From Prasinococcaceae sp. CCMP 1430 (Eukaryota; Plantae; Prasinodermophyta): a DNA stretch of 64,000 bases. The notes beneath the pieces are model-generated. The model did not search any database and was not told the origin of the DNA. It saw nothing but the letters and a program-made list of their open reading frames with translations. Where the stretch lies: assembly GCA_013416795.1 (NCBI GenBank), contig RQSC01000958.1:66204-130203 (forward strand). Direction: 5' to 3'. Positions 45,601-55,063 of this stretch are shown piece by piece (the first letter of the stretch is position 1; each line of letters starts with the position of its first letter). A program made the translations under genes and the position numbers.

Positions 45601-48600
45601 AAGGCGCCTCGGCAGTGTGACGGGGCGTGGGTGGTGGCTGTGCAGCATCCTGCCGCGGCGTCGGCCCTTGTTCCCGCCCTAGCTGCGAGTGGCCTGCAGA
45701 CGCACTGTGTCCGGAGACGCAGTAGCGCAGCGGACGTCGTCGAAGGCGTGAACATTGCTCTGAACGAAGGGCACGAATGCATTTTGTGCGCGTGGTCGGA
45801 CATCGGCGCGGGTTTTCCCTGGGAGCGATTTGGTTCGCTCGTCGAATTCGACGGCATGGGAACCTGCTCGTCGTTGGATGCCTTCCTGGGCGAAGCAGTT
45901 CACACCCACGGTCTCCAGCATTACCTCGTGCGAATCGACGCTCCCAACGTCATCTGTGACTTTGTGCGCGAGGAAGAAGGGCGGATCGGCTGCACCGCTG
46001 GACGCGCCGATGGCAATAAGCTCCCTGCGAACGTGCGCTTGGAGCGTCTCTGTGGCGACTGCGCTGCTTCAGACGCGGTGCCGGAACCGCAGCAGCAGGC
46101 CCGGATTCCCAATGATAGTCCCGTGAGATGCAGCCGCTTGCGCACCGGAAAGTCTGTCGCCGCTCAGGCTGCTGTTGTTCCTCGAGACGGCGGCGAGGTG
46201 CAACACGCCCAGCGGTGGCCAGCGGTCCAAGAGGGCTCGCCACCCCCGGCCGAGGCCCTCCTGCAGCGAAATGCAGCACGCGGAGAAGATGGGACCGTAC
46301 ATCACACCCCTCCTCGCGGTACTACCGTTCAGCCGCCAGTACCGCCTCACATCACGTTGCGTGGGAATGATTTCACCAAGCAGCAGCAGGTGGGCAGTGG
46401 CCCTGCGAGCGCTGGCGCATTGCCTCGAGCTGACGGCGATGCGGGAGACGCTGAGACGCTGCAAACGCGCGACGTGCGCGCGTGGGGCGTCGTCGCCAAC
46501 AGCGCTGAACGAGGAGTCGGTGGCGCTTCCATGACCCCACTTCCATCGCGCAGGCGCACCTATCGTCACTTGGTGGAGATGGACGAGGCCGGCAAAATCA
46601 ACCTGGTCGAGCGTGTGGTCGAGATGGCGTTCGACCTGGCACTGTCGCCCACGACGTGCGTAGCAATCATCGACGCGGCGCAGCTCGAGGGCATCGCGGC
46701 TCTTGCAAAAGACGAAGTGGCTCACTCCCATGAGCAAGGACACGGTGGCGGTACTGCTCCTGCCACCAGTGACACTGTGGTCGACATAGTTGGCGAGCTA
46801 TTCCTAGCGCCGCTGTCGCAATGCTTCGATGTGTGCCATCTGATCATCGAGGGTCACCGCGACGTGCTCAGACACTGGCCGGCCGAGGCGGATGTGTGCC
46901 TGGCCACGGTCGCCTCAGCACTTGGCGCAAGTGCCGTCTTTCACACGACGTCAGGGCAAGATGCAACCGGGATGCTTCTGAAGGCACTCGTCTTAGAGGA
47001 GGCTTTGAGCGCGGCCGCAGGCCCGCTGACGGCAGAGGCGGCAGTCGCTCCAATAGCGGAGGCACCGTCACACGCAGAGACTGAGATGCTCCACTTGCAT
47101 TGCCTCAACCCGCTCTCGGCGAATGCCATCCTGCGCTCCGGGCTCTCAGTGGAGACGCTGCTGTCACTCCCAGTGGCGCATCAGCAGCGGCATACAGGGA
47201 TGAGCCAAAGGCTGCTGCGCCACCTGGCCGCGGCGTACGCACCAGTACGGGCGTGTGACAATGACATGCGTGGACACGAGGCCGAACGTTTGGACGCCCA
47301 GCAGCAACGAGGCTTTGGAACCGAAGAGGCGCAGCGCGAGGACCAGGAGCGGCGCCTACGAGCAGCAGCAGCCCGTTCTGATGGAAGTCTTCCCGTTGAC
47401 ATCGAGGACCAAATCGGTGACGGCGCTGCTCTAGATGAGGCCCTGAAGAGCAGGCGGCGCGCCGAGGCGCAGCTGACCGCCTGCTGTGACAATGCAGAGG
47501 CTGCCCTACACGCGCCCGATGCGGCACAAGTCGTTCATGATGGTGGAAAAAAGGCGCCACCGTTCGTCGATCGCAACGCGGGGAACGATTTGGAGGCGCT
47601 CGATCTGCTCGAAGACTACGGGCGCGGCGTGCGATCGGTTGGCATGGCAGGCGAGGAGGCGTTTCCGGCGCGCGGTACTTGCGACGTCCTCTTGGGCGAT
47701 CGCGATGAAAGTTTCCTCACACCGTTGCCCACAGGCGAGCGGGCGCAGCTGGGGCAGACCCACACGGCGGCGGCGATCGTAGCCCCGCCCTTTCCCTGCG
47801 GCGTGTACGCCGAGGTGCGAGCTGGCGGCCGCGCCGTCCCAGGACACGCGCGAGGTGGCAGCTGTGGCGAGGCACCACCCCGATGCAGCCCGCAGCAACC
47901 ACGCGGGCTCGACGATTTCGACCAGCGTCGCGCTGCCGTACCGACAAGTGTCCCTGATCGAGCAGGCGTTCTTGGCAGTGCCGACGGCACTTTACACATG
48001 TCCCACGCAGCTCGCGCCCCGCCTCTCCTGCAGAGCCACAACGAGATTCTCGGCCGTGCGCCTTCGAGAGACCATCACGCTGATCAGGGATGTGACGGCC
48101 GATCCCCGTGGGATGGTCGCTTCGGCGACGAAATTGCAGCCTTCAATCCGCAGCTCGCCCAGGTGGACGCGATGCTCGCCCAGGACGATGAAGACTTCCT
48201 GACGCCGGTGCCCGAGGACGAGCACACTCGACGCGCTGTAGCATCTCCTACTGGCCAAGACCCACACCCGTCAACCTGGCCATTCACAACCGCCGCCGCG
48301 CGCGCGTTGGACGCGCAGCGGACGCACCACCCGTCGCCGAGGCACCCTCAAATTGACGCTGCGGCCTTCGGGCCCGCATCGATGTTTACTGGGCGAGCCG
48401 CCCAGGTCGGCAACTTGACTGGCGCCATCACCACCCGCGGCGTCAAGTATGGCAGACAGCAGCAAGCCGGAGGCGACGCACACATGCTTGCTGCAGCCGT
48501 GGTGGCGACGAGGTCGCGACACGGCAGTGGCCGCGGCCTTAGTTGCGGTGCCAAAAAGTCTGCCGGCCGGCGCCATCCGGCACCCAGGCGCAGAGAGGCC

Positions 48601-48717
48601 AGGCCCCAGCACAGCCGCCACAAAGCTCCTAGTACTGGCGGCGACACGGGAGGCAACGGCGCTGGCACATTCAGCAAGGGCTTCCGGGCCAAGCTGCCTC
48701 ATCCGGACGGCTACTAA
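42694..48717 (+). CDS. SHOC1: SHORTAGE IN CHIASMATA 1 / ZIP2-like XPF-domain meiotic crossover protein
   Basis: DHPKIELL, FPWERFGSLVEFDG, VVANS..SRRRTYRHLVEMDEAG.INLVER..DLALSPTTCVAI, IAEAPSHAETEMLHLHCLNPLSANAILRSG follow the plant SHOC1 motif order as recalled. 6-kb intronless ORF. Confidence 0.8.
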   Translation: MEALVAIAATDAEVELHGDPTAAKLPERRELKWTRAPAYLPRDPFEERARELRTVSHACSLSLSEAAEAALAPERLDGALRGLLRAKKDSTASAGVAESAGHAGALPLADDDIDETRESAHAFGVLADPLGELLALALVSDRDVDVREAAESDEARIPARIVTLPAATRVRLQLAPAHREEMWARPSTVAAESTEACTLALLATDAHAISQRRQRKDASAHHLELPMIPKASIGAPNRRSAVATAMAWRDATGMGWDSLQHALHVLSPADVVSEPDAANKRKLAALRRRAMEPGTEIGGASSPLRMASAPAEGVPGAEYSDHGLDVTPAQLARDANAALRRVSAAHFQGGAALLESPVVLGSAAEQRQRASRLFIAAGACSSKSPAGELVPFPPALVSLVRIAERCVPAAAAAYDGMGVRMDETAVVRVNRMLECSGLPLFDTAAVLAEVCIARSTGAPASRTDPSAVSPQEAFNIAHARLTAGVFEDCSVRPASSDDTTFAHRESRTGQKIWGASAISLELPVALTACDVLGPCARIAFASLLKQSTIGAERLGGGYPSSLGSYVGAELVPLVSDGDLAYSDVSRLVVDADLAASYAMFPPPALPPSQVPDFPPPLVDPVALASRLALTTRTLCSGAVSTLYLDWHLSARGACTDRSCFRAKQLVADGAAPRKPARGMPGPGRTRMHVDEVIAAGESAVARAGGSAAALLDALRHAALRDKGGKGWHSTLVIARAIQEGRVSHGPGYFTRCARPSDMTGATADACRRDSAAACGTQDNEEPNGSDGHWLPSLARTQTAGHAQRTRNASSYRQEVWRAPLSELQTSIVKAMRRDYEELLCANGCAVAEACSRGGCRTAFVFDLLEGETDARMAELAAAAPEGASKQGLMSLYLLRQAARHCFQHGISVAHLFLQHALFAAGSRATLLRGELLRETYVALAAAYEAVETHEAVDHPKIELLVDKLRSSAAKAPRQCDGAWVVAVQHPAAASALVPALAASGLQTHCVRRRSSAADVVEGVNIALNEGHECILCAWSDIGAGFPWERFGSLVEFDGMGTCSSLDAFLGEAVHTHGLQHYLVRIDAPNVICDFVREEEGRIGCTAGRADGNKLPANVRLERLCGDCAASDAVPEPQQQARIPNDSPVRCSRLRTGKSVAAQAAVVPRDGGEVQHAQRWPAVQEGSPPPAEALLQRNAARGEDGTVHHTPPRGTTVQPPVPPHITLRGNDFTKQQQVGSGPASAGALPRADGDAGDAETLQTRDVRAWGVVANSAERGVGGASMTPLPSRRRTYRHLVEMDEAGKINLVERVVEMAFDLALSPTTCVAIIDAAQLEGIAALAKDEVAHSHEQGHGGGTAPATSDTVVDIVGELFLAPLSQCFDVCHLIIEGHRDVLRHWPAEADVCLATVASALGASAVFHTTSGQDATGMLLKALVLEEALSAAAGPLTAEAAVAPIAEAPSHAETEMLHLHCLNPLSANAILRSGLSVETLLSLPVAHQQRHTGMSQRLLRHLAAAYAPVRACDNDMRGHEAERLDAQQQRGFGTEEAQREDQERRLRAAAARSDGSLPVDIEDQIGDGAALDEALKSRRRAEAQLTACCDNAEAALHAPDAAQVVHDGGKKAPPFVDRNAGNDLEALDLLEDYGRGVRSVGMAGEEAFPARGTCDVLLGDRDESFLTPLPTGERAQLGQTHTAAAIVAPPFPCGVYAEVRAGGRAVPGHARGGSCGEAPPRCSPQQPRGLDDFDQRRAAVPTSVPDRAGVLGSADGTLHMSHAARAPPLLQSHNEILGRAPSRDHHADQGCDGRSPWDGRFGDEIAAFNPQLAQVDAMLAQDDEDFLTPVPEDEHTRRAVASPTGQDPHPSTWPFTTAAARALDAQRTHHPSPRHPQIDAAAFGPASMFTGRAAQVGNLTGAITTRGVKYGRQQQAGGDAHMLAAAVVATRSRHGSGRGLSCGAKKSAGRRHPAPRRREARPQHSRHKAPSTGGDTGGNGAGTFSKGFRAKLPHPDGY

Positions 48718-49158
48718 TTACGAGAGCCTGCATCATTCCTCAAGTTCCCACTGACACAAAGCACGCCACAGAGAATTGTACCCCACCCCCACCCCTTCCC
48801 TCCCCCCTCGTCTCCGGAGACCTCCCTTCTCCGTCCTCGCTGTGCCTGCAATGCTGCTGTACCATCATGATGGTACTGTAGTACTAGTACTACTGTACGT
48901 ACTGAATTTCATTGAAGAAAGTTAAGACCAATTTCCGTCACCCTCAGGCACCTCTACGGACGGCGAGCGTGGCCCGCGCGTGCACCCACGGGGCGCATTT
49001 CGTCGAAGTCTTTTTTGTTGAGGCGACGCGGCTCCTCTCCAAGCATTCGATGGAGATTTGGCTCTGGCTGGCGGATGGATGGGATGGGAGTCGCCAGCCA
49101 GCCGTTGCTGGTGGGCGTCGCTTGGTGCGGACAGTGCATGGCCGAATGGCCTCGTCGC

Positions 49159-50178
49159 TCAGCCCAGGCCGACCGCCGTGAGGCTGGCCCTGTGCTGCCG
49201 CACGGCTTGCGCGAAGACCAAGTCAAACGCCGACCCGCCGGGCGCCTCATCGTCGCAAGCCTCCGCCACTAGCAGCGCTCCTTCACCCGCGTGCTCCGCG
49301 CCAGACCGCATGGCCCCTGCTTCGCCTGTGCTTCTGAAGTCAGCATCGCCGCACTCACCTTCGGACGAAGAGCACGACGACGCTCCCATACGCAGCAGTG
49401 GATTCTCCTGCGTCCACTGCTCGATGCGCTCCTCTGCGGCCGCCGCTTGGGCTACAGGCGGTGCGGCGCCCTCCTCGCTCGCCCTGGCAGCAGCCCGCAG
49501 GTCGATGTTCTCGTCAGCTATCCTCCGCAGGTCCGCCGCCGTTGCCTCAGCAGCCTCGCGCTCGCGCACTAGGGCTTCTCGCGAGCGGTCGAGAGCAGCG
49601 CGCAGCGCCTCCGCCTCTGCCTGCGCCTCCACCAGCGCGGCCTCCCTCAACAGCGAGGCGGACACTTCGTCGAGGAACCGCCGCTGTGGCTCCTGCTCGT
49701 CTTCTTTGCGTCGCTGTGGCTGTTCCAGCGCTTTTCGGAGCTCGCTGGCAGCTAACTCGGCTTCGTCCGCGCGCGCGTTAGCTCGTTGGACGGCTCGGAC
49801 GAGCGACTCGTTCTCCCGCACGAGACCGTCGCGCTCCGCGCGGAGCGCCTCTGCGCTGCGTCCGACACGCTCGAGCTCGCTCGTCGATGAGCGCACCGAA
49901 GCGCAGTGCTCTGTATTCTCAGCCGCCGCGCCATCTGCGACCGCTGAAGTCCCCGCCACAGTTCCCCATGCTGCATCCAAGTCAGCCTCCAGCGCAGCCG
50001 CGCGGGTGCCCTCTGAGGCGAGCGCTCTCCCCGCCTCCTCCACCACACGGCGGTGCGCCGTGAGCAATGCGCTGAGCAGCGCGCGCTGCTCGCCCGCCCG
50101 CAGCGCGCCGCCGAGGGCGCGCGCGGCGCGCGCGAACTCGCCGAGCGCGCGCTCGAGCTCATCCGTCGGCGGCGCCAT
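49159..50178 (-). CDS. Hypothetical coiled-coil protein
   Basis: Long heptad-rich ORF; head-to-head with the next gene across an AT-rich spacer. Confidence 0.55.
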   Translation of the reverse strand: MAPPTDELERALGEFARAARALGGALRAGEQRALLSALLTAHRRVVEEAGRALASEGTRAAALEADLDAAWGTVAGTSAVADGAAAENTEHCASVRSSTSELERVGRSAEALRAERDGLVRENESLVRAVQRANARADEAELAASELRKALEQPQRRKEDEQEPQRRFLDEVSASLLREAALVEAQAEAEALRAALDRSREALVREREAAEATAADLRRIADENIDLRAAARASEEGAAPPVAQAAAAEERIEQWTQENPLLRMGASSCSSSEGECGDADFRSTGEAGAMRSGAEHAGEGALLVAEACDDEAPGGSAFDLVFAQAVRQHRASLTAVGLG

Positions 50179-50488
50179 CACCGCGGGATGGTGCGTGTGG
50201 GGAGGGGCGGTCCCCGCGCGCAGGCGGGGCGCCCACCCTTCTCCACGCCTCGTCCCCGGCGCGAGGTGTGCGCGCCCCCCTCGTTACACGCGGAAATTTG
50301 TGTGGGTTTCAGCGCGTTTGCCACCAATCAAAATACGTTCATTTTTTGTTTCAAAACAGCGGTAAACTCATGCGAAAACACAACCGTCCGCGTTTTTGCA
50401 CCGTCGCGGCAGTTCCCCGGAGCCGCGGCGTGGCGGCACGCCACAGCGCACGCTCCCCCGCGTGGGAGCGAAGCGGCTCCGGCGGGCA

Positions 50489-51094
50489 ATGTCGTGGCGC
50501 GACACGCTCTTCGTGTGGCGCGGTGCGCTGGGCGCGAACGGGTCCTGGCACGGCCGGTGGGTGGGCGTCGCCGCCGCCGACGCGGCACACGCAGACCCGC
50601 CGAACGAGGCATCGTATGCTGCCGCCGAGGCCGACGGCGAGTTTGAGGCCGCGCTGGGGGCAAATGCACAGATCGCAGGGGGCTGCGTCGCGGAGAGCAG
50701 CAGGTATTCCCTCGATGGGGATCAGTGGCACGAAGACGACACGCACGAGCTCGCCGTGGCGCAAAGCATCGACGATGGCGGCGGCGGCATTGGGGTTGGC
50801 TCGCGGCTCGTTGCGGCGAGTGGCGGCAACGAGTTCGGGCGCTTCGTGAGCGTCGGAAGCCTCGCAGGCGGCGTCCTGTGCCTTGCACGGAGATACCTGC
50901 AAAAGCGCGATGAGAGGTGCGCGATGCGTGCACGTGACGTGCTCAACGCGGCGGCGGCATCAGGAGCGACTGGCGGGGAAGCGCCATGGCGCACCGCGGC
51001 AGAGCTGATGGGCGCGACAGTGCGGCCGCGCAAGCGCGGGCGTGGTGAAAAACCGGCTCTCACAAACAGCAGCTCACGTCGCGCAAGAGTGTAA
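50489..51094 (+). CDS. Hypothetical protein, probably beta-rich
   Basis: MSWRDTLFVWRG..WHGRWVGV..AASGGNEFGRFVSVG..LCLARRY; globular composition. Confidence 0.65.
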   Translation: MSWRDTLFVWRGALGANGSWHGRWVGVAAADAAHADPPNEASYAAAEADGEFEAALGANAQIAGGCVAESSRYSLDGDQWHEDDTHELAVAQSIDDGGGGIGVGSRLVAASGGNEFGRFVSVGSLAGGVLCLARRYLQKRDERCAMRARDVLNAAAASGATGGEAPWRTAAELMGATVRPRKRGRGEKPALTNSSSRRARV

Positions 51095-52488
51095 GTGAAG
51101 AGGCCAAGCCGCAGAGAGCAGCGCGTCCGCAAGATCGGCCTTGCTCGTGGCACCGGTGGCATCTGCACCCGCGGCCATCAGCCTGGCCTTGAGCTCACGC
51201 ACGCTCAGCGACAAAAGCTCCGCTCTCGCTGCCGCTGGGTCGCCGCTGGCGGCCGTGCGCGCCGCTCGTGCCGCCGCGCTCCGCACCCCGTCGGCGAGAG
51301 CCTGGGCGCACTCAGCGACGTGCGCGCCCTGGAGAAGGTCGGTGTGGCCAGCACCAGCTATAACATGTAGAATGACCTCGGCCGCTGTGCCCTCCTTCGC
51401 CACTGCCTCTGCTGCCCTCGCAAGCTCGATGGGCACCACGGTGTCGGCGTCGCCGTGCAGGAGCAGCACTCCGCAGCGAAGCTTGCGCAGCTTTGGCATC
51501 GTCTGGGTGGGGTCGGGAGCACGTCGACGCGCCTGTCATATCGTGTGCAGGAGCGAACACGGACGGATCAGAGTCGATCTGCGCTCTCATGCGCGCGTGC
51601 TGTCATCCTACGAGCGTGCGCACAACCCCTCACCCTTCCTCTTGCTCGCCAGCAGCGTACCTTGCTTCCATGCTCAAAAGTGTGCGCTGCCCGTCGTACC
51701 GCCGGCATCTCCCGCATGTCTACGGCACCACCCTCAAGCGCCAGGAGTGCGTATTCGCGCGGTCGCGAGTATGCCAGGTGGACGGCGGCTGTAGCGCCCA
51801 CACCACGGCCCAGCAGGCAAATGGGTGCGCCCTCAGCGACCCCCAGGCGGCGGGCGACCGTGGGCAGTGCATTGCCCACTGAGTCCGCATAGCCACCAAC
51901 CTTGCAAAGCGCGGCGATTTCTGCGAGCCGGGGCGCGTCAGTGCTCCACGCAGAGCCTGGTAGAGCGACAACGACGAGGCTCGATCCCTCCGGCAGCGCG
52001 CGGAGCAGCACTGGCGCCGCCCTATCAAAGTCGGTCACGCAGTCCTCGCCGCCGTGAAAGAGCACCACCAGTGGCGCGGCCGCGGCGCCATCGCGAGCGC
52101 GAGCGCACTCCGGGCGTGGCGTCCACGCTCGGTACGCGACATGCGTCCCTCCACGGTCAGCGTCGATGTCCCCGACCTCGGCCTCTGCGGCGCGCAGGGA
52201 GAGTAGTGGCGGGGTACGAGGGGCTGGCATCAGCATGGAATCCCCAGTGCAGGCGCGTCTCACGCGCGCACGTGCCACAGCCCTCTGCCCCGCAGCCAGC
52301 AGCGTCCGCGCGCACGCACTGTGTCTCCCCACGCGAGAGGGACCAAGCTTGATGAGGCCGTCGGAGACGCCCGGAGTGGCGTCGGCGAACATGCGCGCGG
52401 CGCGCGGCAGCAGCAGAGCCGAACGGATTTCATCGCGCGACCAGAACGCCGCAACGGCCGCTGCGCCCGCAGAGCCCGCCGCCGCCAT
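51074..52488 (-). CDS. Alpha/beta-hydrolase fold protein (ABHD17/BEM46-like) with C-terminal SAP-like helix pair; introns 52185-52319, 51533-51660
   Basis: LVVLFHG, LLGRGVGATAA, LLLHGDADTVVP, GAGHTDL; tail LSVRELKARL..SKADLADAL. Confidence 0.78.
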
Positions 52489-52959
52489 GGGCGCGGCGGG
52501 CGGCCCCCTGCCCGCCCCCGCCTACTGCGCCCGCGCCTGCCCCGAGCACCGCCCGCCTGCACGCCGGCCGCGCGCACGGCGGCGGGCGCGCGGAGTGGCA
52601 CGCTGCGAGGGCGGATGCGAGCGCGACCCTTCGCGGTTCCGGTTCCCCAGCCACGCGGCTGGGCTTGGATAGCCAAGCCACTTTGCGTGCATTTTGAAGA
52701 AATACTCTCCCGTGGGTAAATAAATCGATGTGCTGACCTGGCAGGTCACTCACAAGGCGACGTGAGGTGGTCGCACGATGCCAGTGCGCACGGTGGGGTG
52801 GGACGGGAAGTTGTGCACACGCCCCTCGCGCCCGCGACGTCACGATGTGTACGGTAGTGAGGTGTGTGTGCACGGGGATACAGTACATTTATACATTATC
52901 GACGTCCCGCGGCAGCCGCGCCACATCGTGTGGTGCGAAGCAGCACGCGCAATGGGCGC

Positions 52960-53685
52960 TCATGCCACAGAGCGCCAAGGGTAAGCAAAGTGCAGGCTCG
53001 CAACGGTAGCGTCATCGAGGCCGCAGCCGCGCACGAGCAGCTCGCGAAGCGCGGGAGCGCACTTGGCCAGCGATGCGCGCACGGCACCGCCGCCAAGCGC
53101 GCCAATGGCGCGGCAGTTGCGCAGCGAAAGGGCGTGCACGCCAGCCGGAAGCGCCTCCAGGGCGCGAAGGTCGCACATCGAGCCGCTCAGGTCGCACCGA
53201 GAGAGGGCCGGCCCGCATGCTCCCAAGATACTCGCGATGTCATCTGCGGCCAGCCCACTGCAGCCGCTCAGGGTGAGCGTCTCTATGTTGCGCAGGCACT
53301 CGCTCGAGTGCAGCTCATCAACGGCCACCGCAGGCACGGGGACGAAACTCAACTCCAGGTGCCGCAAAACGCCGCCGCGGCAGCGCACGGCGAGCTCCCA
53401 CGGCGCGCGCGCGCCTTCGAGGGCGAGGCGCACCCTGTACTGGAAACTCGTGCCGTACGCCTCCCGCCAGGCGCGGCACACGCACGCCCCGCGGGCGGCC
53501 TCCATAGCGGGCGCAGTGGCAAGTATGCGCGCAGTCGCGGCCTGCGGCAGCGACGACCAGGCGCAGCCGACACCGCCTGCCGCCTGTCGGCCGGCGTCGC
53601 CGCCGCCGTCGCCGCCGCCGCACTTGCGGGGGCTCGGCTCCGCCTCCGCCTCTTCCACATATTTCCCATCGAGCCACGCGGGCAT
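52960..53685 (-). CDS. F-box/LRR protein
   Basis: WSSLPQAATARIL..ACVCRAWR (F-box); LRRs LRHLELS, IETLTLSGCSGL, LSLRNC, LRELLVRGC. Confidence 0.7.
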   Translation of the reverse strand: MPAWLDGKYVEEAEAEPSPRKCGGGDGGGDAGRQAAGGVGCAWSSLPQAATARILATAPAMEAARGACVCRAWREAYGTSFQYRVRLALEGARAPWELAVRCRGGVLRHLELSFVPVPAVAVDELHSSECLRNIETLTLSGCSGLAADDIASILGACGPALSRCDLSGSMCDLRALEALPAGVHALSLRNCRAIGALGGGAVRASLAKCAPALRELLVRGCGLDDATVASLHFAYPWRSVA

Positions 53686-53767
53686 CGGCTCCTGCGGGGG
53701 CACCGCGCGGTGCCTCGCGCAGTGCCCTCTCTTTCCCTCCCCTCTCGTCCCAGGCGCAGCGACGCGC

Positions 53768-54142
53768 TTAGCCCCTGCGGAGCCAGCCCAACCAGCCAGC
53801 CGTCTGCTTCTTCGCTTGCTCCTCGCTCTCGTGCCGCTGCAGCGCGAAAGTCGGCAGCCTCGGCGTATTCGGCACGCCGTCTTGGGAGCCCGTGCTCGCC
53901 GCGATGCCGACCGCCGCTGCGCCCGCCGCGACCGTGCCCACCGCAGCCTTGCCTGCCGCGCCGCCCTTAATGAGCGTCGCGCCGGCGCCAGCTCCGGCGG
54001 CTGCGCCGCCGACAGCCGCAGCCTTTGCGGCGGCCTTGCCTGCCGCGCCGCCCTTGATCAGCGCGCCGCCCTTCGAGCTCAGCGCCACAACCCCCGCGAA
54101 GCCCGCCCGCACAGCCGTCCAGAAGTCGGTCTTGCCCGCCAT
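53768..54142 (-). CDS. Small Gly/Ala-rich hydrophobic protein (124 aa)
   Basis: MAGKTDFWTAVRAGFAGVVAL, duplicated LIKGGAAGKAA, ends AGWLGWLRRG; AT-rich promoter upstream. Confidence 0.55.
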   Translation of the reverse strand: MAGKTDFWTAVRAGFAGVVALSSKGGALIKGGAAGKAAAKAAAVGGAAAGAGAGATLIKGGAAGKAAVGTVAAGAAAVGIAASTGSQDGVPNTPRLPTFALQRHESEEQAKKQTAGWLGWLRRG

Positions 54143-55010
54143 CACCACCTCCCCTCTGGAAAGCGCGGCCAGCACCGCAGCGCGCTGCCGCGGAACACCG
54201 AACCGAACGAGCGCCCTCCCTCTCCGCCGGCGCGAGCGGCGCGGCGGGGGGGAAGGGGAGGGGGGGGGCGGGCTCGCGGGTGCGCGCGCGGTGTGGCGCC
54301 CCCGCGACAACCTGTGCGCAGTTCAAACGCGCGGCGCCCGCGCTCGATCGAAGCGACGGGACGGCAAAGCCGCAAAGGATTCCGAAAATGTCAATTTCAA
54401 AAACATGCAAAAAATCTCCGGAATATTGCTTGTAATATCCCCATCCCGGGAAACGCGACGGGGGCGGCGGCGCGCGCTTTTTTTCCTTCTCCCATCGCTC
54501 TCCCGAAGATTTTGAATTTGCTTTTAAAATATGTTTTATTTTAAAAGGCCTAGGCGTTGATTTTGATGTACCTAGTATTATGGGTAAATAAAATTTAATC
54601 AGGGTTCGCATTTGATATGGATTCGGTTGTCAAGGATGGCCTCGGATGTTGCGGTTGCGCGCGCCCTGGGTGGAGGCGGCAGGCGGGGGCTCCGCCTCGC
54701 GACGCGCCAATTTTCGTCCGCAGCATTCGCATTTCGTGTTTGCCTTCCGCGCATTTCTCGCGCGACCGCGGAGTTCGAGTTCGGGAGCTCCTTCCGGAGC
54801 GCGCGACTTTGGGAAAAAGTTCGGGCTACTTTTGACACAAAAACGACACTTAAAATGATTTTGTGAATTATGGAAAGTTTGGAAATTTGGGAAGCTCGGC
54901 TGGGAACTCCGGGGAAAAGCGCCCGAACCCGGCGCATTTGCGCGAGACACGCCGGGCAGCGCCGCGCCGCGCAAAAGCGCACCACCCGGGGCAGCTCAGC
55001 CGACGCTTAT

Positions 55011-55063
55011 TAACCTAAAACATAAACCCTATTATCTAAACCCCCTAAAAGTCAACCTAAACC
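55011..55063. repeat. Degenerate telomere-like (CCCTAAA-type) tract
   Basis: taacctaaaa-cataaacccta-tctaaaccccctaaaa-caacctaaacc. Confidence 0.5.

Noticed and set aside
54330-55060. AT-rich island as a MITE/transposon or centromere
   Set aside because: No convincing terminal inverted repeats or target-site duplication; resembles other promoter islands.
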